From Candidatus Kapaibacterium sp. (lineage in GTDB: Bacteria > Bacteroidota > Ignavibacteria > Kapaibacteriales > UBA2268): a stretch of 64,000 nt of DNA. The stretch covers positions 2,752,001 to 2,816,000 of the forward strand of contig OY762428.1 in the NCBI GenBank assembly GCA_963665665.1, given 5' to 3'. Made by a program: the position numbers and the translations under genes. The notes beneath the pieces are model-generated. The model saw nothing but the letters and a program-made list of their open reading frames with translations, made no database searches and had not been told where the DNA came from. Shown piece after piece: positions 52,054 through 61,927 of the stretch (positions are counted from its first letter, which is position 1; every line of letters begins with the position of its first letter).

Positions 52054-53316
52054 ATGAAAAAATTCATTTTATTAAGCGCGTTTTTATCATTCTTATTTTC
52101 TGCCGGGGCAAGGGCACAGGCCGATTCCCTCGTGATGTGGACTAATAATGAGGTTCAATTCCACTCTATGCCTGCAATTCATCCCAACGGGAATGTGTTG
52201 ATACGAAGCCATTACGATATCCTGGAAATTAACGGTTTAACCGGCGAAATTATGAGGAATATCAATGTTCCTTTTACAGGTATTGTTAGCGATTGGATTG
52301 ATATTTCTAAGGATGGCACACGTTTCGTAGCTTGCCGGAAAATCGTTGATTACGAGACAGGGGAAATTATCGGAGAACTGCCGGAGGAAACTGCATACGT
52401 TAAATTTTTCCATCCGGATAATAATTTGTTGATCTACAAAATAAATACTCTGGAAAATAATCGCTGGTTCATCATGAATATTGATCAGGGTAATTCAATT
52501 ATAGTTGAAAATTTGTCGAATTATACAACAGCCTTTGAAGTATCACTTGACGGCAGGTTTTTAGCACTTGCAACATTAGAAAACTACGACACAGAAGATG
52601 AATCTACCCACTTCTACCTTTTCGATGCGCAAACAATGCAGTTTATTAAGGAGCTTGAAGACTACCCTGCCAATGGCAGAAGAATTGAGTATATTCAGTT
52701 TTCTGAAAATGCTAAGTATGTGGGGTATGGACATAAAAATGGCCATAAAAAAGCAACATTCTTCACATGTGAAGCTCCTTATCAGAAATGGGAATATGGA
52801 TTTTATAATATCGGCTTTATAAACGAAGAATATATTTTTTTATTCTCTTCTAGTGTTAACTATTGTTATGGTGTAATTCGCAGGATTTCTGATAATACTG
52901 ATATTTATGAAACAAATATATATTCATCAAGAATCCCTCTTTTTAATGATAATTACAATTCAATCATTACAGATTACTTTTTTTTATCTGATCCAGAACA
53001 ATTTATTCGTTGTTTAAATTCCTTAGATTTCGAAAAAATCCTTAGTACCGTAGGCGTTAAAGAAGAAGAGGATGCAAACGCGTTCAGGGCTGAATACTCG
53101 GGCGGCATACTGACAATAAACGGGCTTGAAAGCCAAAGCGTAGAAATCAACCTTGCTGTTAATAATATTCAGGGGGAAGTGGTTTTTTCTCAAAATATTG
53201 CTGCTGTTCAGGGTTCGCAAATATCGTTGCCCGTATCATTGCCCTCGGGGGTTTATATTGCCCGGATCAGGACGAGAGAAAATAATTATTCCTCAAAATT
53301 TATCGTGGTTAACTAA
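52054..53316 (+). CDS. Secreted beta-propeller protein with T9SS-like CTD, paralogue A
   Basis: Signal peptide; WD40-like motifs (ISKDGTRF, VSLDGRFLA, FSENAKYV); C-terminal LPSGVYIARI...KFIVVN. Confidence 0.8.
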   Translation: MKKFILLSAFLSFLFSAGARAQADSLVMWTNNEVQFHSMPAIHPNGNVLIRSHYDILEINGLTGEIMRNINVPFTGIVSDWIDISKDGTRFVACRKIVDYETGEIIGELPEETAYVKFFHPDNNLLIYKINTLENNRWFIMNIDQGNSIIVENLSNYTTAFEVSLDGRFLALATLENYDTEDESTHFYLFDAQTMQFIKELEDYPANGRRIEYIQFSENAKYVGYGHKNGHKKATFFTCEAPYQKWEYGFYNIGFINEEYIFLFSSSVNYCYGVIRRISDNTDIYETNIYSSRIPLFNDNYNSIITDYFFLSDPEQFIRCLNSLDFEKILSTVGVKEEEDANAFRAEYSGGILTINGLESQSVEINLAVNNIQGEVVFSQNIAAVQGSQISLPVSLPSGVYIARIRTRENNYSSKFIVVN

Positions 53317-53533
53317 GGGAAAAAAATGAAAAAGATAATTCACAATAGTATTTATTGAACTAACCCCGCCCCGCTTTCAGCGCTGACAGGTTCAGGATTG
53401 AAAGCGGCGGCTGGAAAAATGAAGAAAAAAAGCCGGGAATCATGAGACCGAATTGAATTTGATATGTTACTAACTATATATAAATAATACTACCCGATGG
53501 TAGTAATGTAAAAACAATTATAGGGGCTTTACC

Positions 53534-54790
53534 ATGAAAAAACTAATTTTATTATGCACGTTTTTATCATTCTTATTTTCCGCCGGGGCAAGGGCACAGG
53601 CCGATTCCCTCGTGATGTGGACTAATAATGAGGTTCAATTCCACTCTATGCCTGCAATTCATCCCAACGGGAACGTGTTGATACGAAGCCATTACGATAT
53701 CCTGGAAATTAACGGTTTAACCGGCGAAATTATAAGGAATATCAATGTGCCTTTTACAGGCTATATTAGCGATTTGATTGAAATTTCTACGGACGGCACA
53801 CGTTTTATGGCCTGTGGCTGCCTTGTTGATTACGAGAGTGGAGAAGTTCTAAGGAATGATTTGCCAAGGTATCATGTTCTATTTAAAAATCCAGATAGTG
53901 ACAAAATAATATTCAATAAAAGTAATAAATCAATAAGAATTATGAATTTGAATGATAATTCATATATTGATTATAATGTATTGCCTGCCAAAAGGTCAGT
54001 TACCGCAATTGAAATATCCAATAACGGGCATTTTCTTGCATTAGCACAAATAGATTTCGATGACGAAGAACACACCCACTTCTACCTTTTCGATGCGCAA
54101 ACAATGCAGTTTATTAAGGAGCTTGAAGACTACCCTGCCAATGGCAGAAGAATTGAGTATATTCAGTTTTCTGAAAATGCTAAATATGTAAGTTATGGAC
54201 TTAATCATTCTGGCTCACCAAAAGCTGCCATTTTTTTAACGGAAACGCCGTATTCAGGGTGGATATTAAAAACTGAAACAACTCCGCCCAAAGGATTTTA
54301 TGGATTAGGTATGATTGGTGATAAATATGTTTTTGCAACGTCAGCTATTGGAAATGATTTTCATTCAATTATATGGGATATTGATAATGAAAAAGAAATA
54401 TATTTTTCATCAGAATATGGTTCTTCAAATCCGCTATACAACTATGCAGCTAAAAATATAATTGTACACGATAATGGAAATTATACATTAGTCGCCCTTG
54501 ATTTCGAAAAAATCCTTAGTACCGTGGGCGTTAAAGAAGAAGAGGATGCAAACGCGTTCAGGGCTGAATACTCTGGCGGGATACTGACAATAAACGGGCT
54601 TGAAAGCCAAAGCGTAGAAATCAACCTTACAATTAATAATATTCAGGGGGAATTAGTATTTTCTCAAAATATTGCTGCTGTTCATGGCTCGCAAATATCG
54701 TTGCCCGTATCATTGCCCTCGGGGGTTTATATTGCCCGGATCAGGACGAGAGAAAATAATTATTCCTCAAAATTTATCGTGGTTAACTAA
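53534..54790 (+). CDS. Secreted beta-propeller protein with T9SS-like CTD, paralogue B
   Basis: Tandem duplicate of 52054-53316, including upstream and downstream flanks. Confidence 0.8.
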   Translation: MKKLILLCTFLSFLFSAGARAQADSLVMWTNNEVQFHSMPAIHPNGNVLIRSHYDILEINGLTGEIIRNINVPFTGYISDLIEISTDGTRFMACGCLVDYESGEVLRNDLPRYHVLFKNPDSDKIIFNKSNKSIRIMNLNDNSYIDYNVLPAKRSVTAIEISNNGHFLALAQIDFDDEEHTHFYLFDAQTMQFIKELEDYPANGRRIEYIQFSENAKYVSYGLNHSGSPKAAIFLTETPYSGWILKTETTPPKGFYGLGMIGDKYVFATSAIGNDFHSIIWDIDNEKEIYFSSEYGSSNPLYNYAAKNIIVHDNGNYTLVALDFEKILSTVGVKEEEDANAFRAEYSGGILTINGLESQSVEINLTINNIQGELVFSQNIAAVHGSQISLPVSLPSGVYIARIRTRENNYSSKFIVVN

Positions 54791-54860
54791 CTCCGCCCCC
54801 GCTTTCAGCGCTGATAAGTTCAGGATTGAAAGCGGCGGCTGTCCCTCAACTCAACCATCA

Positions 54861-55040
54861 TCAAAATTCAATAGCCACGTGCTTTAGCTCGTGGATAATA
54901 ATGCCTTGACCGGAGTCAAAGCAAGAAAACCACCCCTGTATTCCCCTCCTACTTTAGGAGGGGATAAGAAGTTAAATATCATAGAATTAACTCCCCCTCC
55001 TTCCCAAGGAGGGGGCCGGGGGGAGGTAGGAGGGGGCTAT
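54861..55040. repeat. REP mosaic (CCACGTGCTTTAGCTCGTGG and CCCCTCC..GGAGGGG hairpins)
   Basis: Hairpins TCCCCTCCTACTTTAGGAGGGGA and CCCCCTCCTTCCCAAGGAGGGGG; first unit shared with 28706 and 51746. Confidence 0.6.
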
Positions 55041-55052
55041 GGTAATGCACCG

Positions 55053-55934
55053 ATGTTTGAAGATAATGAACTCTTGGTTGAAGCTATTGCAGCAATGTTT
55101 TGCTTTATTGCTGCCTTGGTCGGAGTTATTGCTGCCTTGGTCGAAGTCATTGCTGCCTTGTTTGAAGATAATGAACTCTTGGTCGACACTATTGCAGCAA
55201 TGTTTTGCTTTATTGATGCCTTGGTCGGAGTTATTGACACCTTGGTCGGAGTTATTGCTGCCTTGCTCGAAGTCATTGCCGCCTTGTTTGAAGATAATGA
55301 GGTCTTGGTCGACACTATTGCAGCAATGTTTTGCTTTATTGACGCCTTGGTCGGAGTTATTGACGCCTTGGTTGAAGTCATTGCCGCCTTGGCCGGAGTT
55401 ATTGCTGCCTTGGTCGGAGTTATTGCTGCCTTGGTCGAAGTCATTGCTGCCTTGGTCGAAGTCATTGCTGCCTTGGTCGAAGTCATTGCTGCCTTGGTCG
55501 AAGTCATTGCTGCCTTGGTCGGAGGCATTGAACTCTTGGTTGAAGGCATTGAACTCTTGGTCGGAGGTATTGAACTCTTGGTCGGAGGCATTGAACTCTT
55601 GGTCGGAGGCATTGAACTCTTGGTCGGAGGCAAAGAACATGTTCAGTAAGATCAACCAAGCGTTCAGTAAGGTCAAACAAGTGTTCAGTAAGATCAACCA
55701 AGTGTTCAGTAAGGTCAACCAAGTGTTCAGTAAGGTCAAACAAGCGTTCAGTAAGGTCAACCAAGTGTTCAGTAAAGCCAACCAAGTGTTCAGTAAGGTC
55801 AACCAAGTGTTCAGTAAAGCCAACCAAGTGTTCAGTAAGGTCAACCAAGTGTTCAGTAAAGCCAACCAAGTGTTCAATGAGGCCAAATTTCACTACAATA
55901 AGGCCAAACAGTAGTTCAATACCTCCGGCCAAGG
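55053..55934. repeat. 21-bp tandem array with two opposed halves
   Basis: 28 units 55053-55640 (TTGGTCGRAGTYATTGCTGCC / TTGGTCGGAGGCATTGAACTC), then 11 units GTTCAGTAARGYCAACCAAGT (55641-55871) and 3 degenerate units. Confidence 0.95.
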
Positions 55935-56113
55935 CAGTTTAAAGCCCTGCCAACAAGGCATTTAGCCCAAACATTTGAATTCTGGTTCAAAACAGCATTG
56001 AAGTAAGGAAATTATTCGATTCAATGAAACCACCGGATGGGGAATTAAGGCCGGCGGCCGCTTCATTGGGGTGGAAGAACGGGTAAACAGAGCAAATGAA
56101 TGAGGTGTTATGT

Positions 56114-56531
56114 TGTCATTCCCCGACACGTCACCGAAAAATCGGTGCAGGCAGGGGCAGGCTTCCGGAGCTTGCGACCGAAGAATCCATCTTTGTTTGC
56201 AGATAGTGTGTGAAGAATGGATACTTCGCTTCGCTCAGTATGACAATACACAAACTATAATAACTTCAATCGCAAAAAGAAACCACCCCAGCCTGTCCCG
56301 ACGTGTCGGGAACTCGCTGCGCTCGCCACCCCTCAACGAGGGGAATTTTAAGAATCCACCCCGCCCTTCGGGCACCCCTCAACGAGGGGAATTTTCCGGA
56401 AGTCCACCCCCGCCCTTTCCCGACACGTCGGCGCCAGCGGGGGACAGGTGATTTTCACTCCTTACCAAGTTGTACTTGGGAAGGATTATTTCCTGCAAAG
56501 TTTGACTTTGGAATAGAGAAGCTCAGCTTCA
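56114..56531. repeat. Composite REP mosaic
   Basis: GTCAT..GAC palindrome (56114-56245); two CACCCCTCAACGAGGGGAATTTT units; CCGACACGTCGG-type palindromes; CCAAGTTGTACTTGG hairpin cluster. Confidence 0.6.
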
Positions 56532-56642
56532 AATGAAAACTGCATTAGCAAGGACAATTTGGGAAAGATTAGAACAAACGGACATCAGAATTAAGATTAA
56601 TATTAACTATCGGGCTTTGCTCTGCTTTCTGATTACCCAATA

Positions 56643-58607
56643 CTATTTCTGGTTAATAGCTCCACGCATTTTCAGTATATACTTTGATCTGTCGAGTGGA
56701 GATATTCCCTTGTATTCCCTTGTTTTTCCTTCACCCTGCGGACATTTCTCATAACCGGAAAGACGAACAGTAAATTTTGCCCTGCCACCGGTTAGCGAGC
56801 TAAGCCTGATGGAATAATCCATAGATGATGCCAGCGGTACTTTCCCCACGAGTTCAAATATTCCATTATTTATCATCGCGGGTTCGAAACTGCCTCGCAT
56901 ATTTATTATATCGCCGGTTATCCTGCCGAGGAATTCATCCGGGGCAATAATCTTAAATGACAGAATCGGTTCCAGCAGGTTGGTCCCGGTTTCGGTCAGG
57001 CCTTTCATCAGGGCAATCGGAGTCGCAAGCTTAAAATCACCCGGATTGCTGTGCATCACGTGGTCTTCGCCATCCACGAGCGTTACTTTCATATCAGTTA
57101 CTTCCCAGCCTTTTATTCCCTGCTTTATTGCTTGCGGGATAGTCACTTCAACTTCATTCTGATATTTCCTTTGGATAAAATCAGTGCTGAGTTCCGATTT
57201 GTAAATAATGCCGCTTCCCGTTTTTCCGGGTTCGATTAATAGTTTGATAACGGCCCAGCATGGTTTGGGCATTGTGTATCTATCAATTCCGAATCCTGAT
57301 CCGGACGGAGTTTCTTTATATATAACTTCCGGATCGGTAAACCTTGCTGCAATTCCGAATCTCAGGTTAAGTTGTTCAGTAATTATCTCTGTCTGTATAG
57401 CCCCCATAATCTTCAGCTGAAGCTGTCTTTCTTCTCTGAACCATTCAAAATTGAGAGTTGGGTCTTCAGATGACAGCATTTGCAGGGCTTCGGCAAGTTT
57501 TAAATAGTCAGCGTCGTTTTCCGGCAGTACTTGTACTGACAGAAGTGGCTCGGCTATCGAGCATTTTCCGGGAACAGGCCCGGGATTACCAAGAATATCA
57601 CCAATCCGTACTTCAGGCATTCCACAAAGCCAGGCAATATCACCGGCTGAAAATGAAGGAACACTTTCCAGTTTATTCGAGAATTTTTTCCTTATCTGGG
57701 AAATTTTTTCATCCCTGCCGGCAGTATGGTTTTTTATAATATCTCTTGTGATTATAGTTCCTGAAAATAGTCTTACTCCCGCTACCCTGCCAAGCCTGTC
57801 ATCATGATCGATACTGAAAACCAGGCCGGAAGGAGGAGTTTCAGTATCAGCAGATGCATCAGGGAATAGTTCAATAATTCTGTCAAGCAGGTAATCAACA
57901 CCAATATTATTTTTTGCTACACCAAATATTATCGGAAATATTTTTCTTTCCGAAACACTTTTTTTCAGTGAACCTGAAATTTGATCAAAATTAATTTTTT
58001 CGCCGTTCAGGTATTTTTCGAGTAATATATCGTCCTTTTCGGCAATGGCTTCTATAAGTTCTTCATTTTCAATTTTAAAAATATCAGTTATTCCGGCATC
58101 CTGGACGCCTTCATTAACAGTTTTATTCAGCATAACAAGGTCACTGCTGAATTCTTTCCTGATATCAATAATTAATTTTGGCGTATCAGTGCCAACGCGG
58201 TCAATTTTATTGATAAATATTATTGTCGGGATATTTAGTTCTTTCAGTGCGTTCCAGATAGCTGATGACTGTGCCTGAATGCCTTCTACTGCGGAAAGAA
58301 GCAGTACGGCACAATCCATTACCCTTATTGAACGCTCAACCTCGGCGGAAAAATCAATATGGCCGGGGGTATCGATTAAATTTATACGAACATCCTTCCA
58401 GTTGAAATACACCGACGAAGCCCGAACAGATATACCACGCTTTTTTTCTACCTCCAGGTAATCTGTCTGGGAAGCCCCTTTATCCACACTTCCGGCTGAT
58501 TTTATCCTGCCGCTTTGAAAGAGCATATTTTCTGTTAATGTAGTTTTTCCTGAATCAACATGCGCCATCAGCCCGAGATTTCTGATCTTATCAATATTTT
58601 CCGCCAT
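56643..58607 (-). CDS. TetM/TetO-like ribosomal protection (EF-G-like) GTPase
   Basis: AHVDSGKTTLTE, RGIS, NLIDTPGHIDF, NKID, QGIKGWEVTD, LLEP; 654 aa. Confidence 0.85.
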   Translation of the reverse strand: MAENIDKIRNLGLMAHVDSGKTTLTENMLFQSGRIKSAGSVDKGASQTDYLEVEKKRGISVRASSVYFNWKDVRINLIDTPGHIDFSAEVERSIRVMDCAVLLLSAVEGIQAQSSAIWNALKELNIPTIIFINKIDRVGTDTPKLIIDIRKEFSSDLVMLNKTVNEGVQDAGITDIFKIENEELIEAIAEKDDILLEKYLNGEKINFDQISGSLKKSVSERKIFPIIFGVAKNNIGVDYLLDRIIELFPDASADTETPPSGLVFSIDHDDRLGRVAGVRLFSGTIITRDIIKNHTAGRDEKISQIRKKFSNKLESVPSFSAGDIAWLCGMPEVRIGDILGNPGPVPGKCSIAEPLLSVQVLPENDADYLKLAEALQMLSSEDPTLNFEWFREERQLQLKIMGAIQTEIITEQLNLRFGIAARFTDPEVIYKETPSGSGFGIDRYTMPKPCWAVIKLLIEPGKTGSGIIYKSELSTDFIQRKYQNEVEVTIPQAIKQGIKGWEVTDMKVTLVDGEDHVMHSNPGDFKLATPIALMKGLTETGTNLLEPILSFKIIAPDEFLGRITGDIINMRGSFEPAMINNGIFELVGKVPLASSMDYSIRLSSLTGGRAKFTVRLSGYEKCPQGEGKTREYKGISPLDRSKYILKMRGAINQK

Positions 58608-58713
58608 TCCTGTCCAAGCAATTATTCATTTCTTTTAATAACAAATATATTGATTTTTTAATTCGTATTATTGTTCGTGGAATAAGAAAAGTTTGCTGAA
58701 ATCAGGAAAACAA

Positions 58714-59739
58714 CTATTTTTTTATTACCAGGACAGCTGAATTTATTGAACTATGAATGAAATAAATTCCCGAATGAAAATCCCGGGTATCGATTCTAAT
58801 TATGCCGGGGCCTCCGGAAGTATTGATCCGTTCAGTTGTTTGGCCGTATAAATCTGTGATAGTAACTATTTCATTTTTGCCTTTTGCATCAAGGAAGAAG
58901 TAATCCGATGCAGGATTCGGAAAAATATTAAAGGAATGCACTTTAAAATTCATTTCCTCCGAAACATCATTTGCATTTCCAGTTAGCCATGAAACCATAT
59001 TAAAAAGTAAATTCCAATCGCTTTCAATATCGTCCAGTTCTCCGGCAAAATCTGTACCATCCCGGCTGTCATTCTCTTCAATTTCAAGATGAGGGCCAAT
59101 CAGCAAAACCTTGCCATTTCCCCGGGTAAATTTGATAATTGCCGGAAGTTTGTTATACTCATCCCAAACAGAAACTGTATCAAAATCGAAACCACTATCG
59201 GAAAGAAAATATGGTCCGCCGTAATATAGTACATGATTGGTCAATGTATCATTGGGGGCAAATTTGGGATCAATTGTTTTTATTTTGGTCATGCTGTATT
59301 GATCCCACTCGGCAATACTATCAATTGCGCCGACTGTACTGCCCTGAAAAAGTCCGAGGCCATACTTATAGCTAAATCCCTCCCAAACAACCTCTGTGGA
59401 TGCAAAGTAAGCGCCGGCACAAATTCCAAGGTAAGCTCCGCCTGAATCAATATAATTTCTTATTGCATTCAGCCCTTTATTAGTCAGGGCTTTCTTGTAA
59501 TTGTATGCATAGCCTCCGGGAAAGCAGATTATCCTGCAATCGCTATCAATTACCCCGGAATTAATATCATCAGCATAAATCCTCTTCGTGCTCATGCTAT
59601 AGTAATCATAAAAGTTTTCAAGGGCAATTATCCCGGGTTCCCAGGCACCATCGTCTGAATAGATTAAAACATCTTCAGCCTTAAGGCTAATCGATATCAT
59701 AAAAATAACAACTATATATTTTCTTATTTTTCTATTCAA
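58714..59739 (-). CDS. BPL-N (class I glutamine amidotransferase-like) domain protein with T9SS CTD
   Basis: FPGG, GGAYLGICAGAYFA, YYGGPYF, GPHLE; C-terminal IFPNPASD...SGIYFI. Confidence 0.8.
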   Translation of the reverse strand: MNRKIRKYIVVIFMISISLKAEDVLIYSDDGAWEPGIIALENFYDYYSMSTKRIYADDINSGVIDSDCRIICFPGGYAYNYKKALTNKGLNAIRNYIDSGGAYLGICAGAYFASTEVVWEGFSYKYGLGLFQGSTVGAIDSIAEWDQYSMTKIKTIDPKFAPNDTLTNHVLYYGGPYFLSDSGFDFDTVSVWDEYNKLPAIIKFTRGNGKVLLIGPHLEIEENDSRDGTDFAGELDDIESDWNLLFNMVSWLTGNANDVSEEMNFKVHSFNIFPNPASDYFFLDAKGKNEIVTITDLYGQTTERINTSGGPGIIRIDTRDFHSGIYFIHSSINSAVLVIKK

Positions 59740-59787
59740 AATAACAACCCGGGTTATGAGTTTCCCGATATTACTACCAACAATATT

Positions 59788-60423
59788 TTACTTTTTAATC
59801 TTTATATGTCCGTCTTTTGCCAGCGAATTAACTATATCTTCGGCAAATGAACCGGCAACTGTCTCAAAGTCGTCGTTCATACCTTCTGATTTAGATGTAG
59901 CTGTCCATGCCACTCTTGAAGATTTTACATCAATCATATCGGTCTTGAAATTAGCGAAAAGCTTCCTTTCCTCATCACCGTCTTTTACTGTTGTTTTGGT
60001 GGTTTCTTTATATACTTCGCCCCTTTTTGTTTTGGTAGTTTTTCCTTTTGTTTCAGTAACAACTTCCGGGGCGGATTTTTCCACTTCCACGTGTTTGTCT
60101 GAAATACTTACAAGCAGGTAAGCATCGTAACCTTTTTCTCTAAGTGTACTTTCAATAGTTTTGTCATCCCAGTCGCGTGTAGGTGGGAATAGTTTATAAC
60201 CGGGCATGGCTTCGTAGCCCTGCTGCCTGAGGTATTTCACAACATTGTTTTCGATATGCTTTTTATCGTCGAAATCAGAAATTGTAGAATTCACGCAGAA
60301 CTTCTTATACTGCTTTCCCATGAAATCAGGATCAGAGAAGGAAGTTGTTTCGGTGAAAGCGCATGAACCAAGTAAAAAAGCCACTACAAGGCCGAGTGTG
60401 ATAATTTTGTAATTTTTAATCAT
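59788..60423 (-). CDS. Hypothetical lipoprotein (DUF4136-like)
   Basis: LGSC lipobox; GYDAYLLV...DVKSSRVAWTA. Confidence 0.7.
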   Translation of the reverse strand: MIKNYKIITLGLVVAFLLGSCAFTETTSFSDPDFMGKQYKKFCVNSTISDFDDKKHIENNVVKYLRQQGYEAMPGYKLFPPTRDWDDKTIESTLREKGYDAYLLVSISDKHVEVEKSAPEVVTETKGKTTKTKRGEVYKETTKTTVKDGDEERKLFANFKTDMIDVKSSRVAWTATSKSEGMNDDFETVAGSFAEDIVNSLAKDGHIKIKK

Positions 60424-60585
60424 AAGTGTTCTCCCGAAAATAAATCAATTTTTTTTCAAATTAATATTTTTTGTTTCAAAAACGAAAAATAATATTCCAT
60501 CTAACAATTTATTGCTGCTTGTGCGTAATATCTTATATTGCAAACCTATTGATAACAAGGTTTCTAAAAATTAAAGATAATCAAA

Positions 60586-61398
60586 ATGGACGATAAATAT
60601 TCAGACGTACAAAGATCAGAGAAAATAACAGATTTTGATAAATATTACTGGGGTTACCAGTACCGCCTGGCAAATGAAGTACTCGTGCCAATGATGATAA
60701 AAAACAACTGGTTCAAACCAGGAGATATGGTTTCCGAAATAGGCTGTGCCGAGGGCGGAGTGCTGCATGCTTTTATTGATGCAGGTGCTAAAGGAGCACT
60801 CGGAACAGACATCTCCGAAACAAGGCTTGAAACCGGAAAGGTGATCTCCGATATTATTAATCTGAAAACAGAGTATAAATATCACGATATAATAAATGAA
60901 GAGCCATACGATGAATGGAAGCAGGCTTACGACCTGGTACTGCTGCGCGATGTGATAGAACACCTTGACGACACTGAACAGGCCCTTGCAAATATCAAAA
61001 AGATAATCAGGCCCGGCGGCAGGCTATTCGTTACCTTTCCGCCTTATAATTCCCCATTTGGCGGCCACCAGCAGACGCTTATGAATTTCTGGGGCAAGCT
61101 GCCCTACATACACCTACTGCCCAAACCGATATTTTATAAAATGATAGCTTCAGGCAGAAAAAACGACATAGGGGAAGTTAAAAGGCTTCATAATATCCGT
61201 ATGTCTGCAAAAAAATTCATGGATGCGGCCGGGGAAACCGGATACACAATTGAAAGGCAAGACTATTACCTGCTGCGGCCTGTATTTAAGATGAAATTCG
61301 GACTTCCTTCGATAAAAATTACCCCCATTTCCGGGCTTCCGCTTGTAAAAAATTTCTTCAGCCTTGAGGCCTCATACATTCTCAGGGTTGATGGTTGA
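60586..61398 (+). CDS. Class I SAM-dependent methyltransferase
   Basis: EIGCAEGG, DLVLLRDVIEHL, RPGGRLFVTFPP. Confidence 0.9.
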   Translation: MDDKYSDVQRSEKITDFDKYYWGYQYRLANEVLVPMMIKNNWFKPGDMVSEIGCAEGGVLHAFIDAGAKGALGTDISETRLETGKVISDIINLKTEYKYHDIINEEPYDEWKQAYDLVLLRDVIEHLDDTEQALANIKKIIRPGGRLFVTFPPYNSPFGGHQQTLMNFWGKLPYIHLLPKPIFYKMIASGRKNDIGEVKRLHNIRMSAKKFMDAAGETGYTIERQDYYLLRPVFKMKFGLPSIKITPISGLPLVKNFFSLEASYILRVDG

Positions 61399-61456
61399 TA
61401 ATTTTATCTCTTCCAACGAACTATGTAGTTGGTTTAGTAATTTCAATTGATAATTC

Positions 61457-61650
61457 GTTACTATTCAGCTGAACTTTGAAAATCTGGAAAAATTGTATAA
61501 ATCGGTCATTCTGAGCGCCAGCGAAGAATCCATTCTTCAATAAATCTTTAAGAATAAAATGGATTCTTCCCTCGCTTACTCGGTCAGAATGACATTTCTC
61601 TGTATTTTTCTTCAATAACAGCAATATATTTTAAAAACCTGAGTAGAAAC
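61457..61650 (+). mobile_element. MITE-like element copy B (~194 bp)
   Basis: Colinear with 14818-15013. Confidence 0.6.
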
Positions 61651-61744
61651 GATATTTGTTTTATACATCGAATCAAACAAATCATAATATTATTATTTTC
61701 TTTCGTTTATATCATAATAAAGAATAATTTTTTTGAGGCAAATT

Positions 61745-61927
61745 ATGCTAACAAAGGAATCTGTTATAAAAAATCTTGAAACTTTACCTGATGAATTTTC
61801 TTATGACGAATTATTGGACAGGTTGCATTTATTATACAAGATTGAAAATGCACGTGAACAAGCCATTAAAAAAGAAGTTATAAGTGAAGTGGAACTTGAG
61901 GAAAGATTCGGGGAATGGTTAAAGTAA
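61745..61927 (+). CDS. Small antitoxin of a RelE/ParE module
   Basis: MLTKESVIKNLETLPDEFSYDELLDRLHLLYKIE...W; overlaps the toxin start. Confidence 0.75.
   Translation: MLTKESVIKNLETLPDEFSYDELLDRLHLLYKIENAREQAIKKEVISEVELEERFGEWLK

Noticed and set aside
52054-54790. Diversity-generating retroelement TR/VR pair
   Set aside because: Both copies are full genes, mismatches are not adenine-specific, and no reverse transcriptase is in the window.
55053-55934. CRISPR array
   Set aside because: Units are contiguous 21-mers with no unique spacers, and no cas genes are in the window.
56110-56754. ORFs 56110-56451, 56303-56536 and 56533-56754 (also 14855-15040, 28597-28800, 61421-61624)
   Set aside because: They run through REP/MITE palindromes or overlap the Tet-like gene.
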